Shown: positions 1 to 9,769, counted from the stretch's first letter. The stretch: 15,772 nucleotides of DNA from Gemmatimonadota bacterium (GCA_039588275.1 JBDHAC010000074.1:1-15772), one strand, 5' to 3'. A program made the numbers and translations. The notes: generated by a model from the sequence alone, not told the origin.

Positions 1-243
<243 letters not shown>

Positions 244-333
244 GTCGACCCGTAACGCTGGTGGCCTGCCGCTCAAACCCCGAAACCGTCGTTCGCGGGG
301 CGGCGACTCCGAAAAAGACTCGCCGGCTCACTG

Positions 334-406
334 AGCTGACGGTGGGACTCGAACCCACAACCTCCGGATTACAAATCCGACGCTCTACCGATTGAGCTAC
401 GCCAGC
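334..406 (-). tRNA. tRNA-Thr (anticodon TGT)
   Basis: Reverse complement GCTGGCGTAGCTCAATCGGTAGAGCGTCGGATTTGTAATCCGGAGGTTGTGGGTTCGAGTCCCACCGTCAGCT. Acceptor GCTGGCG/CGTCAGC, anticodon loop TTTGTAA, T-arm GTGGG-TTCGAGT-CCCAC. CCA is not encoded. Confidence 0.97.
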
Positions 407-421
407 CAAAAATAGACCACT

Positions 422-450
422 AACATATCGGGGTCGAGGCATAGCGTCAA
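422..450 (-). promoter_or_regulatory. Sigma70-type promoter of the tRNA-Thr/tRNA-Tyr/tuf operon
   Basis: Minus strand reads TTGACG (450-445), 17 nt, TATGTT (427-422), ending 15 nt upstream of the tRNA-Thr 5' end. Confidence 0.8.
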
Positions 451-470
451 CACCGTAACTCCCTGTCAGA

Positions 471-1976
471 TCAGGGTTCGTCGGGTGTCTCGCCACCCTG
501 TCCGGAAGCTCGGGAATCGGCGATCGGAACGGCTCCATCACGGACCCGCCATCGCGTTCCTTCCGGGGTGTCCTCCAGCAGGATGCTCCGCCCTTCGATC
601 TCTTCGCGGATCCGGTCAGCTTCTTCAAAATTACCGGCGCGCCGTGCTTCCGAGCGGGCCGCGATGCGGTCTTCCACCCACTCCCGCAGCTCCGGCGCCA
701 ACTCCTCGCGCTCCTTCTGTCGCAGTTCCAGAACGCCAAACACGGCATCGAAGTCGTCGACGAATCGAAGCGCCTCCGGCACACCGCTCGGGATCCGGCC
801 AGCGGCTTCGTCGAGCCGCTGATTGCCCTCGCGCACGAGCGCGAAGACCGCGGCCAACGCCTCGCTGACGTTCAGATCGTCGTCCAGCCCCAGCTCGAAT
901 TGGCGTCGCGCCTCGACCGCGAGCTCACCCAGACCGATCTCCGAAGCCGGGGGCGCACCGGTCTGATCGAGGCGCGCGAGTCGCAGCCGGAACTCTTCGA
1001 GCCGGTCCACGGCGCGGTGTGCGTTCTCCAGCCCGGCGAAGGTGAAGTTGAGCTGACTCCGGTAGTGTCCGCTCAGGAGCAGGTAGCGGATCGCCGACGG
1101 CGCGTGGCCCGACTCCGCCAGCTGCGGAATCGTATAGGTGTTCCCCAGCGACTTCGCCATCTTGCCGCCGTCGACCAGCAGGTGTGCGGCGTGCAGCCAG
1201 TAGCGGGCAAACGGCTTTCCGGTCGCACCCTCCGATTGCGCGATCTCGTTGGTGTGGTGCGGGAAGAGGTTGTCTACCCCTCCGGTGTGGATGTCCAGGG
1301 TCTCACCCAGGTAGTGCATCGCCATCGCCGAGCATTCCAGGTGCCAGCCAGGTCGCCCCGAACCCCAGGGCGAGTCCCAGGTGGCCACCTGCCCCTCCCC
1401 GGATCGCTCTCCCCCCTTCCACAGCACGAAGTCACGGGGGTCGTCCTTCGCGTACTCCTCATCACCCGACGCACGTCCGGCGAGCGCGATGGCATCCGGA
1501 TCCAGGTTCGCCAGCCTCCCGTATCCGGGGAAACGAGCGATCGGAAAGTAGACGGACCCTTCGCTCGAGTACGTGAGTCCGCCTTCCTCGAGCCGCCTCA
1601 CCAGCTGGATCATCTGGTCCACGTGCTCGGTCGCGCGCGGGTATTCCTCGACACGCTCCAGTCCCAGCGTGTGCCAGTCCTCGAAGAACTGATCGATGAC
1701 CGGCTCGGTGATCTCCTCCAGGGAAGCGCCTTGCTCCGACGCCGCGGTGATCGTTCGGTCGTCCACGTCGGTGAGATTCATCACCTGGATGACCCGGAAG
1801 CCCTTCCACTTCAGGTACCGCCGAAGGAGATCCTCCCACAGGAAGGTGCGGAAATTCCCGATGTGGGCCCGGTCGTAAACCGTTGGGCCGCAGGTGTACA
1901 TGCGGACTTCGCCGGGGGTGAGCGGCTCGAACGGCTCGAGAGTCCTCGTCAGGGAGTTGTAGAAGCGGAGCGCCAT
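471..1976 (-). CDS. cysS: Cysteine--tRNA ligase
   Basis: 501 aa. [13 protein letters not shown] (HIGH-type motif), [54 protein letters not shown] (KMSKS variant), C-terminal anticodon-binding domain ending [12 protein letters not shown]. Confidence 0.97.
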   Translation of the reverse strand: MALRFYNSLTRTLEPFEPLTPGEVRMYTCGPTVYDRAHIGNFRTFLWEDLLRRYLKWKGFRVIQVMNLTDVDDRTITAASEQGASLEEITEPVIDQFFEDWHTLGLERVEEYPRATEHVDQMIQLVRRLEEGGLTYSSEGSVYFPIARFPGYGRLANLDPDAIALAGRASGDEEYAKDDPRDFVLWKGGERSGEGQVATWDSPWGSGRPGWHLECSAMAMHYLGETLDIHTGGVDNLFPHHTNEIAQSEGATGKPFARYWLHAAHLLVDGGKMAKSLGNTYTIPQLAESGHAPSAIRYLLLSGHYRSQLNFTFAGLENAHRAVDRLEEFRLRLARLDQTGAPPASEIGLGELAVEARRQFELGLDDDLNVSEALAAVFALVREGNQRLDEAAGRIPSGVPEALRFVDDFDAVFGVLELRQKEREELAPELREWVEDRIAARSEARRAGNFEEADRIREEIEGRSILLEDTPEGTRWRVRDGAVPIADSRASGQGGETPDEP

Positions 1977-2142
1977 ACGCCTTGTCTCGGGTGAGGGCGG
2001 TCGATCCAGCGGTGTGGTCCGGCCGCGAATCGGTCTTCGAGCTTCGCGCTGTATAGCGACGGGCCGGGGGGTTTGTTCCGCGCGCCTCCGTACGCGAACG
2101 CCGATCGAAGCTCTTCAGACCACCGGCGAGAGGCGAGCCGGC

Positions 2143-2796
2143 TCACCCTTCGCCGCGGAACTTCTCGGTATGCCAGGCGCGGTATGCGGCGAGGGCCCCT
2201 TCGTTCGCCAGGCTCCACACGGCCAGGCAGCCGCCGAGGTGCGGGTCGGCCTTTGCGGCGATGAGCCCTGGAAGGACGCCGGCCCCAGCCGCGAACGCCA
2301 TCTCGTCCAGCGGCTCGAAGGGTGGCCCCCCGAACAACGTCCGAGCCACGATCCATCCGTCCACGAAACCGCGGACTGCGACCAACTCGCGGTCGATCAG
2401 CTCGTCGCAACTCACGTCGGGATCCCCTCGCACCGCCTGCATGCGAAGCACGGCATAATTGACGTACGCGCGATCAGCTTCCCGCAGGTTGCCGGGCGTG
2501 ACGATGGCGGCGAGGGAATCCGTCACGACATCGATCGCGTTCCAGGGGAACGCGCGCTCCGCCGTCGCGGCCTCGACCGCCTGGCCGTACGCCGTGAAGT
2601 AGAGGACCAGCGGATCTTCTTCCAGGTTCTGTTGCAGGGCGCGTGAGCGATCCCGCATGGAGAGGAGCTCATCGCGCTCGAAGGAGAGCTCGTCGCCCGA
2701 GGGTGCGCTCAAGGTGTATTGTGCGTACCCGGCCTGGGGGATACCGAGAATGATCGCCGCGATTAGAGTCGTCAGGACTCGGCGCGGCACACGCAT
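2143..2796 (-). CDS. Hypothetical secreted/periplasmic protein (217 aa)
   Basis: Start re-assigned to ATG 2796, because the track ORF 2143..3054 overlaps the upstream gene. MRVPRRVLTTLIAAIILGIPQAGYA-Q is a Sec-type signal peptide. It begins 4 nt after the stop of the DUF1232 gene. No family recognised. Confidence 0.75.
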   Translation of the reverse strand: MRVPRRVLTTLIAAIILGIPQAGYAQYTLSAPSGDELSFERDELLSMRDRSRALQQNLEEDPLVLYFTAYGQAVEAATAERAFPWNAIDVVTDSLAAIVTPGNLREADRAYVNYAVLRMQAVRGDPDVSCDELIDRELVAVRGFVDGWIVARTLFGGPPFEPLDEMAFAAGAGVLPGLIAAKADPHLGGCLAVWSLANEGALAAYRAWHTEKFRGEG

Positions 2797-2800
2797 GAGG

Positions 2801-3283
2801 TCAGGCTCGGTTGAGCGACAGCGCTTGGCGAGCGCGCTCGCCGGGCGGGTCCAGGTCCCGTCCTTCCGACTCGTACAGCCCGGCAAACCGCAGCACGTCG
2901 TCGCCCACGTCCCCGAGCAGCTCTTGCTCGCGCGCGAGGACGGTGCGAGAGACCTCGTCAGCCGGGCGATCCCCGGTCCAACCGTCTTCGATGACTTCCC
3001 AGCCCAGCTCTTCACCGATCCGGTGGGCCACGTACGCGCAGCAGAAGATGTCATCGATGTAGCCGTACGGACCGACCTCCGACTCGGGGATAACGTCGTT
3101 GGGACTCACGAGATACGCGATCGCCGCGTCCACCCAGAGCCTCTGCTCCTGGGAAAGCCGGGGATCCTTGAGCAGGTTGAACATCAACATCCCGTAGATG
3201 GGCGCCAGGAGCACCACATCGCGCAGCGTGCCCGCGTATCTGGCGACTTGCTCTTTCAAAATCTGGAGATAGTCGGCTGGCAT
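2801..3283 (-). CDS. YkvA/DUF1232 family protein (160 aa)
   Basis: LLKDPRL...AAIAYLVSPNDVIPESEVGPYGYIDD matches the DUF1232 Y-x-x-SP-x-D-x-IP...G-x-x-DD signature. Start re-assigned to ATG 3283, preceded by GGGAGAAGG. Confidence 0.85.
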   Translation of the reverse strand: MPADYLQILKEQVARYAGTLRDVVLLAPIYGMLMFNLLKDPRLSQEQRLWVDAAIAYLVSPNDVIPESEVGPYGYIDDIFCCAYVAHRIGEELGWEVIEDGWTGDRPADEVSRTVLAREQELLGDVGDDVLRFAGLYESEGRDLDPPGERARQALSLNRA

Positions 3284-3368
3284 GCCTTCTCCCCCCGGCC
3301 TGGAGCGGCGGCTCGCGTCGTCCTGCCGGCCCGGACGAGCCCGGGGGCCGGCAGCGCTCATTTCCCTC

Positions 3369-3396
3369 AAGATACCATGCGCCCGCCTTCGTGTAA
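3369..3396 (-). promoter_or_regulatory. Putative extended -10 sigma70 promoter for the DUF1232 gene
   Basis: Minus strand reads TTACAC (3396-3391), 16 nt, with TG-G-TATCTT as the extended -10 (hexamer 3374-3369), inside the glmS-DUF1232 intergenic gap. Confidence 0.5.
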
Positions 3397-3420
3397 CCCC
3401 CGCAATGGTGTGTCGGTTCG

Positions 3421-3465
3421 CCGAGCCCGGCTCGGTCGGTCAGGCGTCGCCGGGTCGACCCGGCG
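3421..3465. repeat. Two tandem GC-rich inverted repeats directly after the glmS stop codon
   Basis: CCGAGCC-C-GGCTCGG at 3421-3435, and the perfect 18-nt palindrome CGCCGGGTCGACCCGGCG at 3448-3465. No poly-U tail follows. Confidence 0.55.
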
Positions 3466-5322
<1,857 letters not shown>

Positions 5323-5334
5323 CGCCCCATCCCC

Positions 5335-6717
5335 TCACGTCCCAGCTGGTATGCGTCCCTCCACCCAGTCGATGAGCCCTTGCGCGTCTTCCTCGTGTTG
5401 CGCTTCTGCAACGATGCGCAGGATCGGCTCGGTTCCGGAAGGCCGAACGTGGACCCAGCGCCCGTCCGGCCATTCGAGGCGAAGCCCGTCGGTCGTATCC
5501 GCCCCCACCGCTGGGGACGCCGCGTCGCGGATTCCCTCAAGGAGCTGTCGGACTTCCAGCGATCCTCTATCGATCTTCCGTTTCGCTATGTGGTATCTTG
5601 GAAGCGGCTGCAAGCGCGCGCTCAACCCATCCGTTTCGGCGGATAGCCACTGCAAGATGAGCGCCGCGGCGAGCGGCGCATCCCGTGTCATGTGCAACGC
5701 TGGATAAATCACGCCACCGTTGCCTTCTCCGCCGATTACGGCTCCCACTTCGACCATCTTTGCGACGACGTTCGCTTCACCGACCGGAGCGCGGTGAAAC
5801 GGGACGCCGAAGCGCCGGGTCGCGTCTTCGATAGACCGGCTCGAGGAGAGATTCGTCACGACCGGACCGGGCTCGCGTGCGAGCACGAGCTCGACGGCCA
5901 GCGTGAGGGTCCAATCCTCACCGATCGGGCGCCCCTCTTCGTCGACGATCGCGAGTCGATCGACGTCGGGATCCACGGCCAGCCCGACGTCGGCTCCCTC
6001 GGCTATGACCCGACTCCCGAGATTGGTCAGGTGCTCGGGAATCGGTTCCGGATTGCGAGGAAACCGTCCGTCCGACTCCATGTCTACACCGATGACCCGG
6101 CAACCGAGCCGCTCCAGCAGTTGGGGCATGATCCGGCCCCCGGCTCCGCGAACGCAGTCGACCACGACGCGAAAGGACCTCGCCGCGATCCGGTCGGGGT
6201 CCACGATATCGAGTTCCACGATGCGGTCGACGTGCGTCCGGATCGCATCTGCCGCCGCTGATCGCGTGCCCACCGCTGACCAATCGGAGTAGTCCGGGCC
6301 GCGTTCGTAGATGCGCTGTACTTCGGCACCCTCCTCCGGGTGGAGGAAGCGGCCGTCGCTGCCGGCGAGCTTCAATCCGTTCCAAGCAGCCGGGTTGTGC
6401 GAGGCGGTCACGAGGAGTCCGCCGATTGCCCGAGGAGAGTCCTCGACGGCCAGCAGTCCGGTCGGGGTCGGGACGATCCCGAGATCTCGGACATCCAACC
6501 CGACCGCGCGTAGCCCCGCGCAGACCGCATCGACCAGCAGCTCGCCCGACGTACGACTGTCGCGGCCAACGAAGACCACCGCATCCCGTTCGAGCGGGGC
6601 GCCGCCGCGCATGTACGTCCCGAACGCCGCGCCGTAGCGCGCGGCCACTTCGGGTGTGAGCCCTTCGCCCACGATGCCACGGATTCCGGATGCAGAGACG
6701 ATGAGGGATTCGGGCAC
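5335..6717 (-). CDS. glmM: Phosphoglucosamine mutase (alpha-D-phosphohexomutase family)
   Basis: 460 aa. SGIRG, GRDSR, catalytic TASHNP, metal loop DPDVDR, GGEGNGG, RPSGTEP. Lies 12 nt upstream of glmS, which favours GlmM over PMM/PGM. Confidence 0.88.
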   Translation of the reverse strand: MPESLIVSASGIRGIVGEGLTPEVAARYGAAFGTYMRGGAPLERDAVVFVGRDSRTSGELLVDAVCAGLRAVGLDVRDLGIVPTPTGLLAVEDSPRAIGGLLVTASHNPAAWNGLKLAGSDGRFLHPEEGAEVQRIYERGPDYSDWSAVGTRSAAADAIRTHVDRIVELDIVDPDRIAARSFRVVVDCVRGAGGRIMPQLLERLGCRVIGVDMESDGRFPRNPEPIPEHLTNLGSRVIAEGADVGLAVDPDVDRLAIVDEEGRPIGEDWTLTLAVELVLAREPGPVVTNLSSSRSIEDATRRFGVPFHRAPVGEANVVAKMVEVGAVIGGEGNGGVIYPALHMTRDAPLAAALILQWLSAETDGLSARLQPLPRYHIAKRKIDRGSLEVRQLLEGIRDAASPAVGADTTDGLRLEWPDGRWVHVRPSGTEPILRIVAEAQHEEDAQGLIDWVEGRIPAGT

Positions 6718-6750
6718 GCTTTCATCCGTCCAGGGACACTACCGCCTCGC

Positions 6751-6809
6751 ACCGCAGGGCGGGCATCGGCTCGCCCGCGGTCGACTCGGCGCGCATCGGC
6801 TGCACCGAG
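6751..6809. repeat. Two tandem imperfect hairpins with identical GCATCGGCT core (30-nt period)
   Basis: Hairpin 1 (6751-6781): ACCGC-a-GGGCGGGC-ATCG-GCTCGCCC-GCGGT. Hairpin 2 (6785-6809): CTCGGCGC-GC-ATCG-GC-t-GCACCGAG. The shared 9-mer is at 6763-6771 and 6793-6801. Confidence 0.65.
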
Positions 6810-6841
6810 CGCCCGACAGTAGGTACCCGTCGAGGCCAGCG

Positions 6842-7315
6842 TCAACCGTGGTCGGAGGGGGCGCGGCGCGGCCGGGCTGGCTTCGTCCGATCCGAGATCG
6901 AAGTCGCGGGCGCCGCGCGAAGCGTGGCATCGTCCTGCGTCGTCGTGTCGAGGCCGAGCGAAGCGAGACGGCGGCGAACGCGGCGAACGTCGCGCGGGCT
7001 CACCGTCACGGCCGCGAAGGCATCGCTCCAGCGCACGACCCGTCCTGCCGAGCCCAATAGCTCCTCCACCGACGTGCGGGCCCGGCGGGCGAGATCCGCC
7101 ACCGCCAGGCCGGAGGGAGTCCGGACCAGCAAGTGCACCCGATCCGGCAGGACACACGTCTCGATCGGCTCCGCCCCGAGCCAGCGACAAGAGGCCATGA
7201 GGTGGCTTTCGATCGAGGCCCGTCGCGCGGAGCTCAACACGCGGGCACGGGCCAGCGTCGTCCACGCCAGGTGAACGTAGAGTCGGTGCGGTGTGCGATC
7301 CGAGGGCATACACAC
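6842..7315 (-). CDS. IS200/IS605 TnpA (Y1 HUH transposase)-like protein, catalytic residues substituted
   Basis: 157 aa. Motif order matches the Y1_Tnp fold: LYVHLAWTT..R (cf. yHivw.tKyR), VLPDRVHLLVRTP (cf. pDHvHll...pp), WSDAFAAVTVS (cf. W..gyfa.tVs), followed by a helix that lacks the YxxxQ. GGAG RBS lies 9 nt upstream of GTG 7315; an alternative ATG is at 7309. Confidence 0.75.
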   Translation of the reverse strand: MCMPSDRTPHRLYVHLAWTTLARARVLSSARRASIESHLMASCRWLGAEPIETCVLPDRVHLLVRTPSGLAVADLARRARTSVEELLGSAGRVVRWSDAFAAVTVSPRDVRRVRRRLASLGLDTTTQDDATLRAAPATSISDRTKPARPRRAPSDHG

Positions 7316-7444
7316 TCTGATCTACTCCACCCGGTCATCCGCCTGTCATGGCGTCGCTGCCCTGATTCGCCGCGCCGCTTCGCGAACCTGCGTGGGGGAA
7401 GGTCATCGACCCCGCCTGGGCCGTCGCGCACCCCGACGGGCAGC

Positions 7445-7450
7445 CATAAT
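7445..7450 (+). promoter_or_regulatory. Possible sigma70 -10 element for the cystathionine gamma-synthase/lyase gene
   Basis: CATAAT in an AT-rich patch 50 nt upstream of GTG 7501. No convincing -35 element. The hairpin CCGTCG-N7-CGACGG (7421-7439) lies just upstream. Confidence 0.35.
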
Positions 7451-7500
7451 TTCCAGCCACGGCATTGATGGCCTGACTCGAAGAGGAAGCGTATCCCTAC

Positions 7501-8664
7501 GTGAGCGAATCCACGAAGTACGGGTTCGGGACGACGGCGATACACGCCGGACAGGAGCCCGACCCGACGACGGGGGCGATCATGCCCCCCATCTATCAGA
7601 CCTCCACGTATGTGCAGGATGCGGTCGGGGCGCCCAGGCTCGGGTACGACTACGCGCGGGTCAGCAATCCTACCCGCGACGCGCTGCAAGCCAACCTGGC
7701 CGCCCTCGAAGGTGGAAGGCACGGGATCGCCTTCGCGTCTGGCCTGGCGGCCATCGAGGCGCTCCTCAAGGCGACCCTCAACGAGGGCGACCACCTGGTG
7801 TGCGGGGCGGACGTGTACGGCGGGGTCGACCGGATGCTACGGCTTGTGTGGTCGCGGTTCGGTCTGTCTTTCGACTTCGTGGACACATCGGACCTCGCGG
7901 CGCTCGAGGCCGCCGTTCGTCCCGAGACGCGGCTGATCCATGTGGAAACCCCGAGCAATCCGATGATGATGGTCACCGACATCGCCGCGTGCGCTGAAAT
8001 CGCGAAACGGAGCGATTGCCTGCTCTCGGTGGACAACACCTTTGCGACGCCGTACCTGCAACGTCCGCTCGAGTTCGGAGCGGACATCGTGATGCACTCC
8101 ACGACGAAGTTCTTGAACGGGCACAGCGACATGATCGGGGGTGTCCTGATCACGGACTCCGATGAGCTGAACGAGCAGCTGCGCTTTCAGCAAAAGACGA
8201 CGGGGGCGGTGCCCGGGCCGCTCGATTGCTGGCTCGTCCTGCGCGGCACCAAGACCCTGCACCTCCGCATGCGGGCTCACTGCGAGAACGCGCGGGCCGT
8301 CGCAGCGCTGCTCGACGCCCACCCCGAGGTCGAGGGCACGAATTACCCCGGACTGCCGGCTCACCCGCAGCATGCGCTCGCCACACGTCAGATGCACGAT
8401 TACGGATCCATGGTGAGCTTCGAGCTGGGGTCGGCGGAGCGCGCGCATCGGTTCGCGGGCTCCACGAAGATCTTCGCGCTGGCGGAGAGCCTCGGCGGCG
8501 TGGAGAGCCTCGTGTCGGTGCCCGCGGTGATGACGCACGCGTCGGTCCCGGAGGAGAAACGGCGAGAGATCGGGCTCACCCCCGGACTCGTGCGCCTTTC
8601 GGTCGGCATCGAAGATTCTGATGATCTCACCCAGGACCTGGAGGCCGCGCTGACAGGACTTTGA
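7501..8664 (+). CDS. Cystathionine gamma-synthase/gamma-lyase family PLP enzyme (Cys/Met metabolism)
   Basis: 387 aa. TTAIHAGQEPDPTTGAIMPPIYQTSTY, YARVSNPTR, FASGLAA, ETPSNP, VDNTFATP, PLP-lysine motif HSTTKFLNGHSD, AESLGGVESL, LVRLSVGIED. MetB versus cystathionine gamma-lyase cannot be resolved by eye. Confidence 0.93.
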   Translation: MSESTKYGFGTTAIHAGQEPDPTTGAIMPPIYQTSTYVQDAVGAPRLGYDYARVSNPTRDALQANLAALEGGRHGIAFASGLAAIEALLKATLNEGDHLVCGADVYGGVDRMLRLVWSRFGLSFDFVDTSDLAALEAAVRPETRLIHVETPSNPMMMVTDIAACAEIAKRSDCLLSVDNTFATPYLQRPLEFGADIVMHSTTKFLNGHSDMIGGVLITDSDELNEQLRFQQKTTGAVPGPLDCWLVLRGTKTLHLRMRAHCENARAVAALLDAHPEVEGTNYPGLPAHPQHALATRQMHDYGSMVSFELGSAERAHRFAGSTKIFALAESLGGVESLVSVPAVMTHASVPEEKRREIGLTPGLVRLSVGIEDSDDLTQDLEAALTGL

Positions 8665-8681
8665 TCGTTCCGCGGGCGTCC

Positions 8682-8708
8682 TGAAACTGGCCCTCGGGCC
8701 GGGACGTA
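8682..8708 (+). promoter_or_regulatory. SigW-type ECF sigma promoter upstream of the M48 peptidase
   Basis: TGAAAC (8682-8687), 17 nt, CGTA (8705-8708). Intergenic and in sense orientation. An identical motif occurs at 12741-12767. Confidence 0.72.
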
Positions 8709-8782
8709 CGACCCGTCGACGTCAACGCCCGCGCCCCGCAGCGCGCTCGCGGAGCCCGTGGCCTCAACCGATAGAGGACCCC

Positions 8783-9769
8783 ATGAACGACCAAGCAGGC
8801 GTCCAGCGACGCATCCTCACCGGCATCAGCCCGCTCGCCTGGGAACACCCGGCCGACCGGGCAGCGCTCAATACGCTTCGGAAGGTGCCGGGCTTCGACC
8901 TCGCGCTCCGTAAGGTGTTCGGGTTGTTCGGCGAGCGAGCGCTGCGCCTCGCGTTCAAGGCCAACGCGGTGCGCGTCTCCCCCAACCAATACCCCTGGGT
9001 GCACGAGCGACTCGAGCGCGTGTGCGAGGTGCTCGACGTGGACTCACCCCCAGAGGTCTACATCTCGCAGACGCCGATCGTGAACGCGGGCGCGGTGGGC
9101 ATGAGCGAGCCGTTCATCGTCTTGAACTCCTCGATGTTGGAGGTCCTCGGGCCCGATGAAGTCGAGGCCGTCCTCGGGCACGAGGTGGGGCACATACTCA
9201 GCGGGCACGTCCTGTATCGAACCCTGCTCATCCTGCTGCTGAACCTGGTGATCTTCCGATACACGCTGGCCGGACTGGCCATCCGACCGATCTTGATGGC
9301 GCTCCTCGAGTGGTATCGGAAGAGCGAGCTGTCCTCCGACCGGGCCGGTCTCCTGGCGGTGCAGGACGCGGAAGCCGCGATGCGGTCGTTGATGCTGCTC
9401 GCGGGCGGTACGCGAGGCGAGACGCTGCACCTGGACGAGTTCGTGGCCCAATCCCAGGAATACCGCGAAGGTGGAGATCTGCTCGATTCCGTGTACAAGG
9501 TCCTGAACGTCCTCGGGCAGACGCACCCGTTCGCCGTGGTGCGAGTGGCCGAACTGCAGGACTGGATCGAGTCGGGGGCCTACGAGCGCATCGTCGCGGG
9601 CGAGTACCAGCGCCGGGACGAGAAGGACACGCGGACCTACAGGCAGGACCTCGCCGAAGCGATGAAGGGGTACAAGGACGCGGCGCGCGAGCTGTTCGAC
9701 GAGGTGGATGCCGCCGTGGACCGGCTTCGCTCGAAGATCGGCGACGCGTTCCGCGCGCGGAATGAGTGA
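8783..9769 (+). CDS. M48 family (HtpX/Ste24-like) zinc metallopeptidase
   Basis: 328 aa. NAGAVG strand, zinc motif LGHEVGH, a hydrophobic segment after it, third ligand in SELSSDRAG, and THP motif. AGAGG RBS. Confidence 0.9.
   Translation: MNDQAGVQRRILTGISPLAWEHPADRAALNTLRKVPGFDLALRKVFGLFGERALRLAFKANAVRVSPNQYPWVHERLERVCEVLDVDSPPEVYISQTPIVNAGAVGMSEPFIVLNSSMLEVLGPDEVEAVLGHEVGHILSGHVLYRTLLILLLNLVIFRYTLAGLAIRPILMALLEWYRKSELSSDRAGLLAVQDAEAAMRSLMLLAGGTRGETLHLDEFVAQSQEYREGGDLLDSVYKVLNVLGQTHPFAVVRVAELQDWIESGAYERIVAGEYQRRDEKDTRTYRQDLAEAMKGYKDAARELFDEVDAAVDRLRSKIGDAFRARNE

Noticed and set aside
1977..2142. T-box leader or ECF promoter upstream of cysS (GGAAC...CGTC, TATACA)
   Set aside because: No T-box consensus or terminator, and the GGAAC-CGTC spacing of 13 nt is too short. 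The evidence is too weak to call.
5795..5821. Third TGAAAC hexamer
   Set aside because: It lies inside glmM in antisense orientation and has no CGTA at 16-17 nt spacing.
6739..6822. GTAG-type REP elements (CTAC at 6739-6742, GTAG at 6819-6822)
   Set aside because: The tetranucleotides point away from the hairpins rather than sitting at their 5' foot, so they do not fit canonical GTAG REP architecture.
5323..6841. glmS ribozyme upstream of glmS or glmM
   Set aside because: The glmM-glmS gap is only 12 nt, and the glmM leader lacks the conserved ribozyme core sequences by eye. An Rfam scan would be decisive.
6408..7313. 301-aa alternative-frame ORF overlapping the TnpA-like gene and glmM
   Set aside because: Arg/Pro/Gly-rich low-complexity translation that overlaps glmM out of frame. 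The 6842..7315 frame carries the recognisable fold motifs.
6842..7315. Active IS200/IS605 mobile element
   Set aside because: The HUH His and catalytic Tyr are absent, there is no tnpB, and I cannot define element ends.
7316..7500. SAM or SAH riboswitch upstream of the cystathionine gamma-synthase/lyase gene
   Set aside because: No SAM-I (ATC..GAG..GAGGGA..GCAACC) or SAH consensus elements are visible.
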